From: Lama glama
Taxonomy: Eukaryota
Direction of reading: 5' to 3'
Assembly: GCA_028534125.1 (NCBI GenBank)
Contig: CM052851.1
Location: 40,672,001 to 40,736,000 of the forward strand
Length of the DNA stretch: 64,000 bases
The notes beneath the pieces are model-generated. The model saw nothing but the letters and a program-made list of their open reading frames with translations. It did not search any database and had not been told where the DNA came from. Made by a program: the position numbers and the translations under genes. This document shows, one piece after another, positions 47,331 to 59,300 of this stretch (position 1 is the stretch's first letter; each line of letters starts with the position of its first letter).

Positions 47331-50300
47331 GTACCTTGTGGAGACTGACTGGAGAATGCGGGAGGGCAGGAGGGCAGAGGGTAGGTCCCCGCATACAGAG
47401 GCCAGGGCCAGCCTGGGTGTGAGTCGCAGAGCCCGTGTCCCCAGTCCTCAGCTGGCCATGCCCAGGCTCTCCGAAGGAAACTGTCCCTACATTCCGAGTG
47501 CTTGAACAAGTTGACAGACCCACCCATCACACACCCCGTGATGGATTATGGACTCGGTCTGCTTGTGGGGCACTTACCAGGTGCCGGCCCTGTGCTCAGC
47601 CTTACTGTATTTAGTCCTCACTATAACGTTGTGAAGTAGATACCATTATTATGCCCATACTGCTGGTGACAAAAAAGAGCACTTAGAGAGGCTTAGCCCT
47701 TTCCCAAGGTCACAGGTAGCCTGAGATCACAGTGGTCCTGAGATCTACACCAGGTCCAAGTGTGGACCTGAGCTCTTGGCCCTGCCTTATGCTGTCACCG
47801 ATGCATACAGCACGATGGGCCCAGGTGCACCCAGGACAGTTTGTAGCAGGCAACACCTCCCCACCGGGGTCTGTTTGGAAAGGCCAGGGGTGTTATGTGC
47901 AGAGCACAGTGCTGGGCATTGCAAGAATGCTGTTTTGTCAGGAATAGGATATTGGCTAAAAGTTAGGAAACAAAGGAAGAGTCAACATGCTTCATTGGGC
48001 TGGGGGGATAGATATTAGCACTCTGAGGATTGATCATTAAATGTGTCCCGTTTAAATAAATTGGGTCTCTGCATTTGCTGGTGTCACTTAGAGATGCAGA
48101 CAGAACTGAGGAGCAGAGGGCTGCAGCCGCAAGCCCGGAGCGGGTTGGAGTGTATGGAAGGACTCCTCTGGCACCAGGCAGCAGGCACCATCCCCACACC
48201 CCAGGCTGGGGGACCTTTGACGGGAGCATGTGGCTCAGATGAGCCAAGAGCAGCACGCTACCCTCTTTCAGAAGCTTACTATGGGCCTTTTCAGGCATAT
48301 ACAGAAATAATAGAATAAGGAGCCTGATTTACCCATGACCCAGTTTCAACAATTAGCAACACATGGCTAACCTTGCTACATCTATACCCCAAGCTACTCC
48401 TGGGCCCCACCCTAGGTTATTTTGAAGCAAATATGTAAATGTTCACTCATGCATTTCTTTCCTTTTTTTTGGTGAAGTACAATCAGTTACAATGTGTCAA
48501 TTTCTGGTGTACAGCACAATGTCCCAGTCATGCGTATACATCATTCATGCATTTCCAAAAGATAAAACTCATCCAAAAAATCCACAATAGCAGTATCATG
48601 CCTACAGAAATTTAACAATAATTCCTTAATATCACAGTTTCCAGTCAATGTTTACATTTCCCAGTTGTCTAACAAGTGTCCTCTTGCCCCTTTGATTTGA
48701 TTCTTTGCATCAATATCCAAACAGGAGCAGACTTTTTGATGGTCGATACATCTCAGAGTTTCCTGTGATCTATACATGATCCCTCCCTCTATTTTTGCTC
48801 CCAGTTTTGTTGCTGTATTAATTGAGACCACTGCGCTGTTTGTCCTGGGCTTCCTGTGGCCTGATTTTGCAGACTCCTCCTGTGTGGTGTTGAACATGGT
48901 CCTCTCCCCCTGGATTCCCCGTAAATTGGCAGTGAGCTCTAGAACCATGGTCAGGTTCAGATTTGAGGGTTTTGGGGCTTTGTTTTTGCAAAAATACTTC
49001 ATAGGTGTTGAGTCCTTTTGTCAAAGACACAGTCTGATTGCCTCTCTTTTGAAGGATTCTAGTGGCCATTGATAGTCAGCGCCTGGATCCTCCTTAAAGG
49101 GAACAGCTACTACTCCACTCCGGCTGCTCATTTATAGGGTTGAGCAGGGAAAAGTGTAGTCTTGATGGACCCAGTTCATGTAACTTTTCAAGGGAGACTG
49201 AAAACTAGATATTGATGCGAAACATCCTAATTTCTAAATGTTAACAACCAGTTCTGCTTTCTAAAAAGCACCACATAGGCCACACAAAATCTATCTGAGG
49301 CTTGCATCCGTCTGCAAGTTGCTTGTTTGCTACCCCTGCCCTAGGGGGTGTGAGTCAGAGGCCAAATAACGGAGGACCTGGTTGCTCAGGGCCTCCTGGA
49401 TGGTCACTTTTGTGGCCTGGTCTGTGAGCCTGCCAGGAGTGGGAGGACAGAACTGCTGAAGAGCTGGGAAAGGAATGCTGGGTGCGGGCAGCGGCCTCAG
49501 CAAGGGAGCGGGTGTGACGAGAGATCCTGAAGGATCCCGCTCCACTGGAGGCTGTGGAAGTGGAGCGTAGCGGTGCAGGGCCAGCCTATATCACTGCTTT
49601 CTCTTGTGACCGTGTTGTTATCACCAGGAAGGCCACAGAGGAGGTCTGGGCTCCTGCAGGAATGTAGTAGAATTGATTAAACATTATTTTCTCCTTCCTA
49701 CCCTAGGATCTCCACAAAGTTGTTGATTGGATGCATGTATGTGAATGAATGAATGAATGAATGAATGATGAGTGAATGACGTTTACTACTTGTGTTGGGT
49801 TCATACTTGGTGCCAGGCCTTGTCCTAAATGTGAGAATGCGTACTGCAGGCGACAGATGTTCCTGCCCTCGTGACACTCGCAGTCTAGAGCGGAGACAGA
49901 AGTGAACAGGCAGTCTGAGCACTGGGGTGGGGGAGGTGCAGGAGGGGCACCCAACGCTGCCATGTACCCGGTGGGGGAGAGGGGAGTGGGTCAGTTTTGA
50001 GAAGCCACCTTTACACTGATGCCTGAGGGAGGAGTGGGTGAGGCCAGGTGGAGATCCAGGGGAGGGGGCTGGGCTCAGAGAGAATAAGGGGCATGTCCCA
50101 AGCAGGGCGAGAGAGACCAGGGGTTTGGGGGTGGTCAGAGGTAAGGCGGAGAGGCAGGCGATTAAGGCACACATGCCCTGCAGAGGAATTTGGGTTCTTT
50201 TGAGGGTGAAGAGAACAGAGTATTCAGCTGGAGAGAACTTTAGCATTTTGGAGCAATCATTTGGGCTGCAGTGTGCAGCCCAGGTTGGAGGAGACTAGAC

Positions 50301-53300
50301 AGGAAGAGGGAGACCACTTGTGAGGCTGTTGCAGTGATCCAAGTGAAAATACCGGTAGTCTGGACCAGGCCAGTGACGTGGGGGTGGAGAAAAGGAGAGA
50401 GCATTGCTAACTCCTTAGCGGATGACTACATCTGGCTTAGCCAGGAAGGCATGTGTGGATGGATGAATGAATGAATGATACATGAACCTTTGAATGCGTG
50501 GGGGAGCACCTGAATGAATTGACGCAGGAGTTAAAGTGTACATTCCTGAATAAATGTGTGCTTGTGGAAGCAAAGGCCCCGGGTGGGGCTATGCTCAGAG
50601 GGAGTCGTGCCAAGCTCCAGAAGGGCCTCCCAGATGGTCAGGTTAGGGGCGGGGAGAGCGGCCCCTCCAGGACAGATCGGAAGGATGAAGCTCTTTGAAG
50701 CAGGAAGGTGCACGCTGACGGGGATGGCAGATGGATTGGTGTGTGTGACTCAGTCAGAAGATGGTGAACTAGTCCCCAGATTCGAGGGGTGTATGACCCT
50801 TCAGGAAGAAGGGTATGGCTCTGGGGAGCACGGCTGCCCTGGGTGTAGTGCTCTTGGAAGGTTTGGCCTGAGGGCGATGGAGGGTCTCTGGGGAGGAGGA
50901 GGCATTCTAATTTCCTAGGGCCTGAGGTGAGGGGTGGGGGAAGAAGCAGCAGTGGGTACCTAGAAGGCTGGATGGGCAAGAAGAGCACCTCCTGTGTGGG
51001 CCCACCTGACCTGGACGCGGAGGGTGGTGAGGCACCTTGCCCCAGTGACTCTCCCATCAGGTATGCAGCCACCCGGGTGTAACCACGCCCATTCCCTGCC
51101 CTCCTGCCTGGTTGCCCAGCAGCCTGGGTCTGGGGACTGCCTGTCCCTCAGCGCTGCCTCTTGGACCAGTCAGGGTTCCTGGTTTCCCTGGTAACGGGAA
51201 GCACGTCAGCAGTCTGGGCGCTCCCAGCCGGTCCTGGTGCTGCGGTTGCCGAGGAGACGCTGCAGCCTGGCTGGGCCCTGGCAGGTGAGGGGGGTTGGTG
51301 CTGGGAAGCCCCAGGCCCAGCCTCAAGCTTGCTGGGGCCCAGCCCCTGAGGCCCACTCTTGGGCTTGAACTGCTGGGCAGGTTCTGGGTGAAGGCAGGGA
51401 TCCCTGGAAGCCTTGAAGCCACACCCTGTTTGTGCTGAGAGCTCTAGGCTTTGCAGGGCCCCAGGTGGCTGGGGTATTCCCGAGGGGGGGAGCCTCCTGG
51501 TGTCCCTAAGACTTTGTGTGACTGTAACACTGAGGTGACCGCTGTGAGGTGGAATGGAGATTCAGGATTGGGGGAGGGGAGTCAGGATCAGAAAGAAGAG
51601 GTGTGAGCAGGGACGACTAGGGTCTCACAAACCCACTCCCCATCCCCTTCCGTGGTGGTCCTGCCCCTCCCTAGTGAGCTCCAGGCGGGGGAGGATCTTG
51701 CCTGGCAGGCACTCTGCCCTGGTGAGAAGGGGGTGGGATGAGCTTTTCTCTGCAGCCCAGCACCAGGCTGTGAGCCCAGCTGGCTGGGCTGGAGGGGCTG
51801 TGAGGAGGGAGGGTGGAGGCAGGAGGGGCTGGAAGCCAGCGCCATGTTCTCCCAGGACATTTTCCTGGCCATCATCCTGCAGGACAGCAGCCCAGGTGAG
51901 AGGCAGCACGGGGCTGGACATGATGTGGGGTGGGGCTGGCAGGGAGAGCAGCATCGGAGGAGGCAAGAGCCGGGCTGCAGGGCTGGAGCGGTGTGGCTCT
52001 GCCGGGGAGGAGGGGCCATGCCACAGGTGCAGGGTGTGTGTGCATGTGCACGAAACGTTTGCCTGCATTTGTGTGTGGCAGGGGTCAGGGTGTGAGTGTC
52101 TGAATGTGTATTCACTGTCTGTGGTACCCACACGTGTTGGTGGTCGTTGTGGGTGTGGTCTCTGCACACACGTATGGCAGGGGCTGGAATAGAGAGGTGT
52201 GTGTGTGCACACCTCTGTATGTGGTGTTTGCATTTGTGGATGGCTGGAGATGGTGTGTCTGTTTGCCCCTGCACATGCGAATGCACCTGTATATGAAACC
52301 TGCTGTCTGTGCAGCTAGTTCCTGTTTGTGCACATCCTTGTGTTTGTGGTGGTTGCACAGGTGTGTAGTAGGGCTTGCATGTGTTGTATATTTTGTATGT
52401 CTGTGTGCACGTATGTGTGTGCAGGAGCCGGTAAATGTGTGCACCTGAGATACAGATATGTGTGACAGGAGGTCATTTGGGGTCACTCAACCTCCCTCCC
52501 TTCTTTCTGCCTTCCTCTTTCCCTCTATGTGGCCACATTAGCCAGGAGCCGAGCCCAGGAGGAGACCTGAGTCACGTCCTCTGCTGGTGCCCCCTGCCAT
52601 GCTGTGACTCCAGATTTCAGGCTCTAGGGGGAAGCAGGAACCTTGTGCTGGAGCCCTTTCCCCACCCCTTCTCCACCATGGGGTCTCGGGAGGGGGTGGG
52701 CATAGCACCCATTCACTATCTGCTTTTCGTGGGGGCAGACATTCACCAAGCCTCCCCCGCCCCTGGCAGATTCCTTTTGGAACCCCAACGCTTTCGAGAC
52801 GGATTCCGACCTGCCGGCCGGATGGATGAGGGTCCAGGACACCTCAGGGACCTACTACTGGCACATCCCAACGGGAACCACCCAGTGGGAGCCCCCGGGA
52901 CGGGCCTCCCCGTCACAGGGGAGCAGCCCCCGAGAGGAGTCCCAGGTGAGGCTCACAGGCCTGATGACTTTGACCAGGGGTGAGGGTGGTACTGCTGGAG
53001 CAAGATGAGCCACCCATTCCTTGCTCCCATCCCCCCCTCCTAGCTCACCTGGACGGGCTTCACCCATGGAGAAGGCTTCGAGGATGGAGAATTTTGGAAG
53101 GTGAGAGGGGGGCCCTCCTTCACAATGGGGGAGCTGGAGAAGGGGCATCGTTTGGGTCCTGATTCCTCTCTCCCCTCCCCAAGGATGAACCTAATGAGGA
53201 AGCCCCGATGGATTTAGGACTGAAGGACCCTGAGGAGGGGACATTGCCCTTCCCGGCTCAGAGCCACAGGTGAGAGGGAAGGCATGACACAATGGGCTAG

Positions 53301-56300
53301 CCGTGGGATGGATCTACCTGGAAGGGGCCTTGGGACAGCTCCCTGTTTGGAGGCCTGTACCAAGTGTCGCCATCTGCCTCCAGCCCAGAGCCATTGCCCC
53401 AGGAGGAGGAGAAGCTGTCCCCACGGAATGCCAACCCAGGGGTCAAGGTTTGTTCAAGACCAATGCCCATTCCCCCGGGCCCGTGTGCAGGAGAGCCCCT
53501 CGGGTCATGTTCTGGGGGCCTTTCTGGTCTCAGTCCAGCCCCCCAGGTCTAAAGGTCTTCCAGTCTCAGCACAGACCCCTGTGTCTGAGTGGGAGGCTCC
53601 TCAGTTTTTAACTCAACCAGCCCAGTGGCCTGGCAGGGGCCATTCCAGACTTGACTCAGATGCTTCCTTGACTAGCAAGGGTCTCCTCCGAGACCATCAC
53701 CCCTCCTGCCAACTATATCCTGTTTATAGATCCTAGTCTTAAACCCTCCCACCCACCATGTTCTGAGTCAGGAACTCCTCTGGTCTCAGTGAAGTTCCCT
53801 TGTCCTGGGCTGGGGGCTCTTCTGGTTTTAGCTCAGACCCTCTACCCCTACACCCTCTTTTGTGTCTGGCAGTGCTTCGCCGTGCGCTCCCTAGGCTGGG
53901 TGGAGATGACCGAGGAGGAGCTGGCCCCTGGCCGCAGCAGCGTGGCTGTCAACAACTGCATCCGTCAGCTCTCCTACCACAAAAACAACCTGCACGACCC
54001 CATGTCTGGGGGCTGGGGGGAGGTGAGGGCCTGAGCTGACAGGGTGGTGGGCAGCAGAGAAGTGAAGGGGAGGTAAGGGCTGGGACAGCAAGCTGCCCAT
54101 GGGAGGGCTGGGGCGGGGAGTATGGACCCAGCGAGTGACAGCCTATGAGATGGACTTGTGACTCCAGGTTGGGCCCTTGGGAGATGGTTGTCTCATGGCG
54201 ATGGGGATGATAAAAGGAGTCACGTCAGAGGTGACAGGTGTGCCCCTACCAGACTGACACCAAAGCAAGGGCCCCCAAGCTGCGGCTCACCTCCCTCGAG
54301 CTGGAGGTGGTGAAGATCAGCCACCTTCCCAGCTGCGGCACTGCTGAGCGCCTGCTTCCTGGGCCTGCAGGGGAAGGATCTGCTGCTACAGCTGGAGGAT
54401 GAGACGCTAAAGCTGGTGGAGCCACACAGTCAGGCGCTGCTTCACGCCCAGCCCATCGTCAGCATTCGCGTGTGGGGCGTCGGGCGGGACAGTGGAAGGT
54501 GGGAGCAGGGCCAGGGATCCTCGGGTGGGGGCTCATCCTGCAGTCAGAACGGGCCCCCCTCCCTAACTCTGTTCTTTGCCTCTCTTGTGCTGCGGGACCC
54601 AGAGAGAGGTACTATGCCTAATTTACCTTGACCATTCCTCACCCCACACTTGGACCAGATGCTAAGAAGCACCCGACTTCCCCTCTTCTGCCCTGCCCCT
54701 TGTGCCCGCTGTGCTCGCCCATCCTCCCCTACCTCGGCATGCTTGCCTGTCTTCCCACCAGCCAGAAGGCAGCACCCACAGGGTACCATCCTGAGGGCAG
54801 AAGCCCTGGAGGAGCTGCAGTGGACAGGGAGGGTATGGGTGGGGTGGGGATGAGGCTCAGCGCTGGGTGGCACTGGGAGACACTGAGNNNNNNNNNNNNN
54901 NNNNNNNNNNNNNNNNNNNNNNNNNNNNNNNNNNNNNNNNNNNNNNNNNNNNNNNNNNNNNNNNNNNNNNNNNNNNNNNNNNNNNNNNNNNNNNNNNNNN
55001 NNNNNNNNNNNNNNNNNNNNNNNNNNNNNNNNNNNNNNNNNNNCTAGCTGCCACCTTTGCTCTATAAGGATGTGGGCAGGGTCACAGAGTTGGGGTGGGC
55101 GTCTCCAGCTTGATGAAGCCCTAAAGGACCTCCCTTGCTCTTCCCCTCCACCCCTCCCTTCCTCAGATCATGGCCGAACGGCGCAATGCCCGCTGCTTGG
55201 TAAATGGACTCTCCCTGGACCACTCTAAACTTGTGGACGTCCCTTTCCAAGGTCAGTGTCACAACCCTGCCAGGTCCAGCTCAGCTTTGTTGGCAAAGGT
55301 AGGGTGAACCAAGAAGAGTCACAAGCTACTGGACAGAATGGTAGAAAAATGGAGACTTAATCCTTTGGATCAAAAAAGTGTAGGGACTTTGGTTAAAGAG
55401 AGGCAGGTGGAGGGGGAGGGTGGGTGACTGTCCAGCTTATGCCCTGGTTCTGGGGACTGGGAATGAACAAGACCTGCCATGTGACTGATCCTCCTCTTCT
55501 CTCCTGCAGTGGAATTCCCAGCTCCCAAGAATGAGTTGGTACAAAAATTCCAAGTCTACTACCTGGGGAATGTGCCTGTTGCTAAACCTGTTGGTATGTG
55601 TGTCCTTTTTCACCCAGGGATCACTACCTTGATCCTAGAGCTCTGCCCCCACCCTCTTTCTCCCAGTGCCTCTTCTACCAGAACTTCCTCATGCTTGGTG
55701 TCACCCTGTTCTTCAAAATGCATCCTGCTTCCTGTACCTCTGTCCCAGCTGCATTCTGTGTCCTGCCTTCATTGAATGTGAACCAGGCACATAGGGAGAC
55801 CTACTCTTGAATCCCCTTGAAAAGCTTTGGTTGGGTTGGGAGGTGGGTCTTGGATGGCTGGAAACACCGGAGCAGCCAGGAGCTGGGTTTGGTATTACGG
55901 CACCAACTGTGGGCTGCGGGCATCTAGACAGGAAGCAGTGAATATGTTTGTTATGTGCTTTATTGTTTATAAACTACTCCCTTAAATGTCATTTAGCTTA
56001 TGAGGTTGGGATTATGATAATACCCATTTTATAGATAAGGAAGCCAAGGGTAGAGACTATTAGATTCTCTCGTATTTCCAGTGCTTTCACATTACCGGTT
56101 ATTTACTTGTTCATTCACTTAGCAAATACCTATGCAGCCTACCACGTGCCAGGTCCTGGGAGAGCAATAGCCAGTCCTTTCCTGGAGGTTACAGGCGATT
56201 ACAGTAGAAAAAGGGAACTACATTATTGCAAAAATAAATGTATAATTACAAATTGAGTCATTCATTGAAAGAAAGTAGCAAGGAGCTAGGAAACCATGTA

Positions 56301-59300
56301 ACAGAGGGGCCTCACTTAGTCTAGGGAGTCAGAAAGGACTGGAGAAAGTGATATATGAACTGAGATTAAAAAATGGATAGGATCTAATGTGGTCAAGTGG
56401 GATGGAGACGGGAGTAGTCAGGAGAGGTCATTCTGGGCAGAGTGAACAGTGTGTGCCACAGGGAAAGGCACTTTGGCACTTCAAAGGCATTGTGAGAGGG
56501 CCAGCAGCAGGAGGTGAGGCTGGGAGCTGGGCAGCGGTCAGACCCTGTGAGACCTCATAAGCCATGTAAGCCGTTTGTTCTTTATCATAAGAGCAGTAAG
56601 CAGCTATGAGAGGGTTTTGGAGAGCACGCTTGGCGTAACCCTTTGAATTTTGTAGTGCTCACCTTGGCTATACCGCGAAGAAAGATGATCAGCAGGTGGA
56701 GGTGGGTGTGGGGAACTCAGGAGGATCTTGCAGCAGTTGTGGCCAGTGATGGGAGTATCTTGGACTTTGCTGGGGCTGAGGAGGAGTGTGTGGATTTAAG
56801 AGATGTTTAGACGTTAAAGTCAACAGGCCTTGTGACTGGTTGGATATAGGGTGAGGGGCAGAGGCCTCTAGGCTGACTCCTAGCTTCCTGGCTTTCGGAA
56901 CTAACTGGAGAGTGCCATTCTCTAAAGGTAGCAGACCTTAGCAGAGGCCCAGTTTGGTATGGAGATTTGAGTTTGATTTCAGCCATCCCGAGTTTAATGC
57001 GCCTTGGGAAGCTGAGTGGCAAACTCGGGTTGGCAGGTGGATTGAGAGAGGAGAGGTCTGGGCTGCAGATACGAAGGTGGGCATCACTGGATTAGAGAGG
57101 TAATCAAAGCCATGTGTGTGGAGAAGACTGACCCCGGCAGGCGGGCAGCTGCTGCGAGAAGGCAACGAGGCTAGGCCTGGCCGTGAGCCCCTCCAACATC
57201 TAATGGACAGTGGAGGAGGATGAAACTGCCCAGGGGAGTGAGAGGGAGACAGGGCAGAGGGAAAAAGGAGACTGCTTCAACCAATGGTTGGGTGTCATGT
57301 CAAAAGACACTTGGGAAGAACTTGGTAGTGGTTGGTGGATTGATAAACACAGGAATGAAAGAATGAATCACACTTGCCTCAGAGGGCATAGCTGGGAGAT
57401 GGTAGACCCAGGACTCAGAGCCTGGTCACCTTCAGTTCTCTGCTCTCCTCTCAAACCGTGCTGACTAATAATCAGCATCTTATATTCAGTGACGAAAACC
57501 TTAGACAGGGTGGAGATTGAGCTGGAATTTGAAGGAAGGCCTGGATCTGCAGAGGAGTGGCACTGCCACAGACATGGAGCTGGAGGTGGTGAGAAGATCC
57601 TGCTCTGGGGTCAGGAAGGGGGCGTGGCTGAGCCCTCCACCTTTGCCTGAGTTTCCTCCTCCCTCACCCCCAACTTTGAAACCCTGTGGCCTCTTCCAGC
57701 TGTTATGCTTACTCCCCTGTCCACCTGCCACCCACTAAGCTCTCACTACGCGAGAGCAGCCCCCTGCGGCCCTGGACAGCCCCTCTGCTGCCCACCGGCT
57801 CGATGGGTCGGCTCCGCTGAAGCCAGGGCTTTCGCCCACTCGTCCCTAAGCTCATTTTAGCTTTATTTATGCCCCCCTTTTACCCTCCATGAATTTAACA
57901 CTGGCCCCTCCTGAAGCGGAAAGATTCACTCGTTAATTCAACAGATGACTAAGGGCCTGATCTGAGCCAGGCTCTACTCTAGGTTCTCAGTATATGTTAA
58001 TGAACAAAACTGACCAAGATTCCTGCCTTCAAGTACCTGACATTCTATTCAGGATAGACAGGCAATGAAATCGGTACATTATATAGAATGTTTGAAGGCT
58101 ACAGTTGAGATGAAAAAAAAAATGCACAGCAGGATAAGGGAGATTGGGAGTTCGGGGCTGGGGTCAGGGTGCAGATTTCAGTCCTGAACTGTTTCCAGTT
58201 ATGACAGACTTTTCCCAGGCCGTGTAGTTCCACTGCTTTCCCTGCCTCCACATTGGTCCTCCCTACTCTGGGGCCAGGTGCCACCCCCACAGCTCCATCT
58301 GCTTATTAAGCACTTTGACCTTGATGTCTGATTCACACTCATGATCCTTGAGCTTTCCATTGACTGGCATCAGTGTCATTAACATCTGAGCCCTCTGCAT
58401 TCTGCCCTGGCCCGCCCACTCCTGCCTGTGTCATCACCCTCCATGGTTCCTGGGTGGCTTGGTTGTACCAGTTTGGGTACATTTGCCCGTGTCGCCTTGA
58501 GGATGGCTTACTCATGCATCTGGAATTCCTTCAGTAGATAAGCCTTGTGCTAGGACTGGGGACACAGACATGAATTAAACTTGAGATGGCCATAACCCAG
58601 GGTGGAGAAAAGGGTTCCCAGCAGTTACAGGTTGTGCCAACGCTTGTCCTAGCAATGCCCCTTCTCTGCCCTGCAGTAGGGAAGGCCTCCCAGGAGGGGC
58701 CTGGGTGAACCCTGAAGCATGAAAATTGGGAGTTTCTCAGACAGTCAAGGGGGAAGGGCCCTCTAGACAGAGGCTTTTCCCTCACTTACAGTCTGTCCCT
58801 TGAGGGCATCCTCTTCTCTTACTTTGTATTCTCCATTGGTCGACCTGGGCATCTGCCAAGATTAGATGTTAATAAATGCTACATAAATTATTCAAAGTTC
58901 AGGGAGCAGTAAAATGTGAAGCTTGACAGGTCAGATGAGGCCAATTTTTGGAGGACTTACATGCTTAGGAGGGAAGTTTGGCTTTGCTCCAACCAGAGGT
59001 AAGACGAGCAAGGCCAAGATAAGGGAGGACCTTTGAGTAAGACATTTGTCCTCTGCCCACAAAGGGTCCACCTGGTCTACTCCTAGTAGTAGCTCAGAGG
59101 CACTGAAAGGGGCAAGAGGGCCCACGAGCTGACCACAGTGGTGTGTGCTTCTGCACTGGCATGGTTCACTCTAACCTCTTCACTGTGATGGTGCACAGGT
59201 GACACAGCCAGCTCACGAGCAGTGTGGATACCAGGACGCGTGCCCCACCGTGCCGTGTTCTCCTGTCTTGGTTCTCTGCTGAGTACAAGCAGGAGTGGGA

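Noticed and set aside
51554-52486. Several 200+ aa ORFs on both strands
   Set aside because: Produced by the TG/CA-rich tract; only the 52-nt alternative exon has splice support
57755-57825. CTCF- or REST-like motifs in APBB1 intron 12
   Set aside because: Several mismatches at key positions; only an RE1 half-site
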